This document shows positions 63,001 through 64,000 of a stretch of 64,000 nt of DNA, in pieces. The translations under genes and the position numbers were made by a program. Every line of letters starts with the position of its first letter. Positions within the stretch are counted from its first letter, which is position 1. The DNA is from Klebsiella pneumoniae (GTDB lineage: Bacteria; Myxococcota_A; UBA9042), in the NCBI GenBank assembly GCA_945889325.1, contig CAMDBH010000008.1, positions 10,118-74,117 on the forward strand. The letters run 5' to 3'. The notes under the pieces were generated by a model. It was not told the origin of the DNA, did not search any database, and saw only the letters and a list, made by a program, of their open reading frames with translations.

Positions 63001-63481
63001 TTATCCTTACTTTAAGCCACTTGCAGTCGCTCAATTTGCCGCTGACACCCATGACCCGGCCTTTAGCGGCCGCATTGAGATGCGCGACTGGATCGGCGGC
63101 AAAATCTTTGAGCGTGAACAGGATTTCCTAGATTTCTTTCGCAGCATGGCGGTCAAATACGCCTTTGGCGGTTGTACGGCGCTCAACACCTGCAAGTACG
63201 ACCCGCAAACGCCCGCCGTCGATGCGACTGACACCCACCATAGTGATACTTATAACGAATTCATCGGTCCCGATGGTCGCCGCTACATTTGGGCCTACAT
63301 CGCCAACCGCAACCAGTGGGTGGCCGTCGACCGCGACCGGAACATTGCTAGCTATTTGATTGTACGGGCTTATACCGCCGACGTCATCAACCAACAGGAC
63401 GATGGCGGCTCCCCCGGTTTCGCTTATGATTACGAGTTGGAGATGAAGTACTTCCTCGATGCCTTCACTTATTACAATTAG
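60011..63481 (+). CDS. Large zinc metalloprotease lipoprotein (metzincin, DUF4953/Met-zincin-like)
   Basis: The ATG at 60011 has AGGTGA upstream. The lipobox is MVKFSHVAVRLLLLCLAASAC. The zinc site is MWHEFGHVLGLEHNF, followed by SSSVMEYN and GPYDAGAIAWIYAN. Confidence 0.8.
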   Translation: MVKFSHVAVRLLLLCLAASACVQDRPARNGVFNENQYLRKDFLIQAGNGATTDPGWFVKATVVETSSPNPLGGEAIDLFPGLENGGAYVRFRVTQDKLEMVSLRELGPDAVGKTQTVINSWPATNVDLKFRVNLDGENTNFYEENQELDWDVRQWVKLQFNVNDGGDLLMFGPYTGAGLQRCTDLGHATVTLVPDSYYVLEDQGYFQWIEEISLPLQWNDDTCYQEFGAAGDTALSLGRSHVTLRIMFSMMRANPAPTYQPLQVQEKDPIHHKYGPIEFLSIARDPDSGLLAARSLVMRFDPKNPMMTWYFAQGYPEAYKKHFTDKNGIVDQTNAILTAAGATLRMEVKNFDQDLAKDERPRQYGDIRYNFLRWMSDKDTQDTFAGVAQFITDPRTGETLSASINLNDFAIKDEYVQRIDFYLQQIGASANINSADAWPDLCPNGTAPACRNADDAVTPCAANQAKVCAKAAAVGTCAEGAVAALDEKKVVTLHNTNSSLFGKMQEYLQKPVADVGPLGPKDFIAKQDQDFYNAYYAVLPYWIYADPWMNLFVMPEGQDGVYGPEEIWKSLADEAEFHKLTGAIDHGKQPIAGMAGKDGLANTAAFLNKMKKLTRNHVELPRKLQRAHSRVKKDVPAAFSFLEMMKKNARHCVGGKWETKEQWTQAFIDSYWSQVMWHEFGHVLGLEHNFMASVDRPNFPTYKIGDTTNVSMYSSSVMEYNAAPDRVFWHPGFGPYDAGAIAWIYANTQKSGKGGSSISGQVSATAPWNDPLGFNKDGKETQFLYCSHQHLQYTPLCRMGDSGTTPSEIIANDIDRYEWQYQWTNFRVYRKFWDLHAYADAPATMITELRRFLPMWTTDWAPDVLVDAFRRVGVVNPAAKGSDVDYYDTLVSKFNKEASQANQMMAAFHKAVIQQSSGERPFSTTYDKFYGDVTQQGIILDKLFAMQAFVGLWPIDNYDLNQTEGYYMASFSEAGDASYNAVAEDVVASMIGGQYDVYPYFKPLAVAQFAADTHDPAFSGRIEMRDWIGGKIFEREQDFLDFFRSMAVKYAFGGCTALNTCKYDPQTPAVDATDTHHSDTYNEFIGPDGRRYIWAYIANRNQWVAVDRDRNIASYLIVRAYTADVINQQDDGGSPGFAYDYELEMKYFLDAFTYYN

Positions 63482-63485
63482 TTGC

Positions 63486-64000
63486 GTGCGGTTGTCGCTT
63501 CTGGCGCTGCTGTTTGTGGCGCAGACCGCCGCGGCCCAGGAGCCGCCAGCGCTCGCGCTGGAGGTTACGCCAGCTATTACGCCGGAAATACCAGGACTTG
63601 AGCTAGAAATCACAGCCACGACCCTGCCAACGGCGGCGACGGTCGCGGCTAGCGAAAAACTGTGGGAAGTTGGCCTGACCGTTGAAACTCACCGCTTGCT
63701 CATCCAAAACGACCTGGAAGGCGCCGCCAACAACAAATTGGTTAACTTCCTGTATGCTTACGTGGGCTATCACCTCACAAAGCAGGATACTGTTGAAGTC
63801 CGTGGCTATTTCTACCAACGCTTCTTGGCCGACCCGGGCGAAACGGGTCTGCGCAATGACGATATTGCGCTTTATTACAAGCACTTGTTGCCTAGGATAC
63901 CATTTTCCGGCGGCGAACTGGAAGCGCGCATCACCGGCGCCCTTTCGATTCCCGGCTCGTTTTCGACCAAGCTGATGGGCCCATACACCGCCCCGCGCCT
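63486..64000 (+). CDS. OMP-like secreted protein, 3'-truncated by the window edge; absent from the supplied ORF track
   Basis: A GTG at 63486, 5 nt after the metalloprotease stop, opens a frame that stays stop-free to the window end. It gives the signal peptide VRLSLLALLFVAQTAAAQEP. Beta-strand/aromatic-rich text follows (NFLYAYVGYHLT, VRGYFYQRF, IALYYKHL). Confidence 0.55.
   Translation, partial: MRLSLLALLFVAQTAAAQEPPALALEVTPAITPEIPGLELEITATTLPTAATVAASEKLWEVGLTVETHRLLIQNDLEGAANNKLVNFLYAYVGYHLTKQDTVEVRGYFYQRFLADPGETGLRNDDIALYYKHLLPRIPFSGGELEARITGALSIPGSFSTKLMGPYTAPR

Noticed and set aside
1-64000. CRISPR arrays, tRNA/rRNA/tmRNA/SRP RNA genes, prophage or integrase genes, toxin-antitoxin pairs, and known defence-system genes.
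   Set aside because: I saw no regularly spaced direct repeats, no GTTCGAATC-type T-arm signatures in a tRNA context, and no recognisable integrase, RT, nuclease or ATPase defence signatures in any listed ORF. This was a by-eye scan only; tRNAscan, Infernal, PADLOC or DefenseFinder would be decisive.

Overview
This is a GC-rich (roughly 60% by eye) bacterial chromosomal window with about 40 genes. I saw no rRNA, tRNA or CRISPR array. The gene content looks Myxococcota/Bradymonadia-like, which is inference only. That content includes a short OPX protein with a Wzc BY-kinase and a beta-barrel, a PEGA-partnered Ser/Thr kinase, MopE-type and myxo-type Cys repeats, many lipoproteins, and sigma-54-like promoters.

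The left half is mostly housekeeping and envelope genes:
- a polysaccharide export trio (2-3617)
- a DnaK/DnaJ paralog pair, thiL, and a TauE-family transporter
- the class II ribonucleotide reductase nrdJ, behind a gene-free leader of about 1 kb
- gpmI at the end of a lipoprotein/OMP/Nudix operon
- twin cNMP-binding proteins, dus, and a Ser/Thr kinase module
- an M43-like metzincin, pyrE, an ArsA-like ATPase, and a YfhO-like membrane protein

The right half (35-64 kb) looks accessory and surface-directed. It starts with a fibre-like protein carrying a fibrinogen-type C-terminal domain, a CRTAC1/ASPIC FG-GAP protein, and an isolated RayT/IS200-like HUH gene. A co-directional locus of about 21 kb follows:
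- a GT2 glycosyltransferase
- three tandem giant Cys-repeat proteins (1172, 1543 and 1079 aa); one ends in an ALK/LTK-type glycine-rich domain and one in a CxxCH PSCyt1-like domain
- a beta-propeller-like lipoprotein
- a 998-aa orphan lipoprotein
- a 1156-aa HExxH metzincin lipoprotein
- an OMP-like ORF with a GTG start that is absent from the supplied ORF track

Three DNA-level signals are not explained by the genes:
- A 20-nt sigma-54-type element (TTGGCAT-N6-TGCTAAT) occurs three times. Two copies sit in front of locus genes. One is an orphan facing a gene-free spacer.
- An A5 motif (TTCGGAAAAAGG-n3/4-CCCTC) is strongly over-represented, with at least 12 copies.
- An AT-rich hairpin family has three members.

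All domain calls come from motif recognition by eye. No searches were run.
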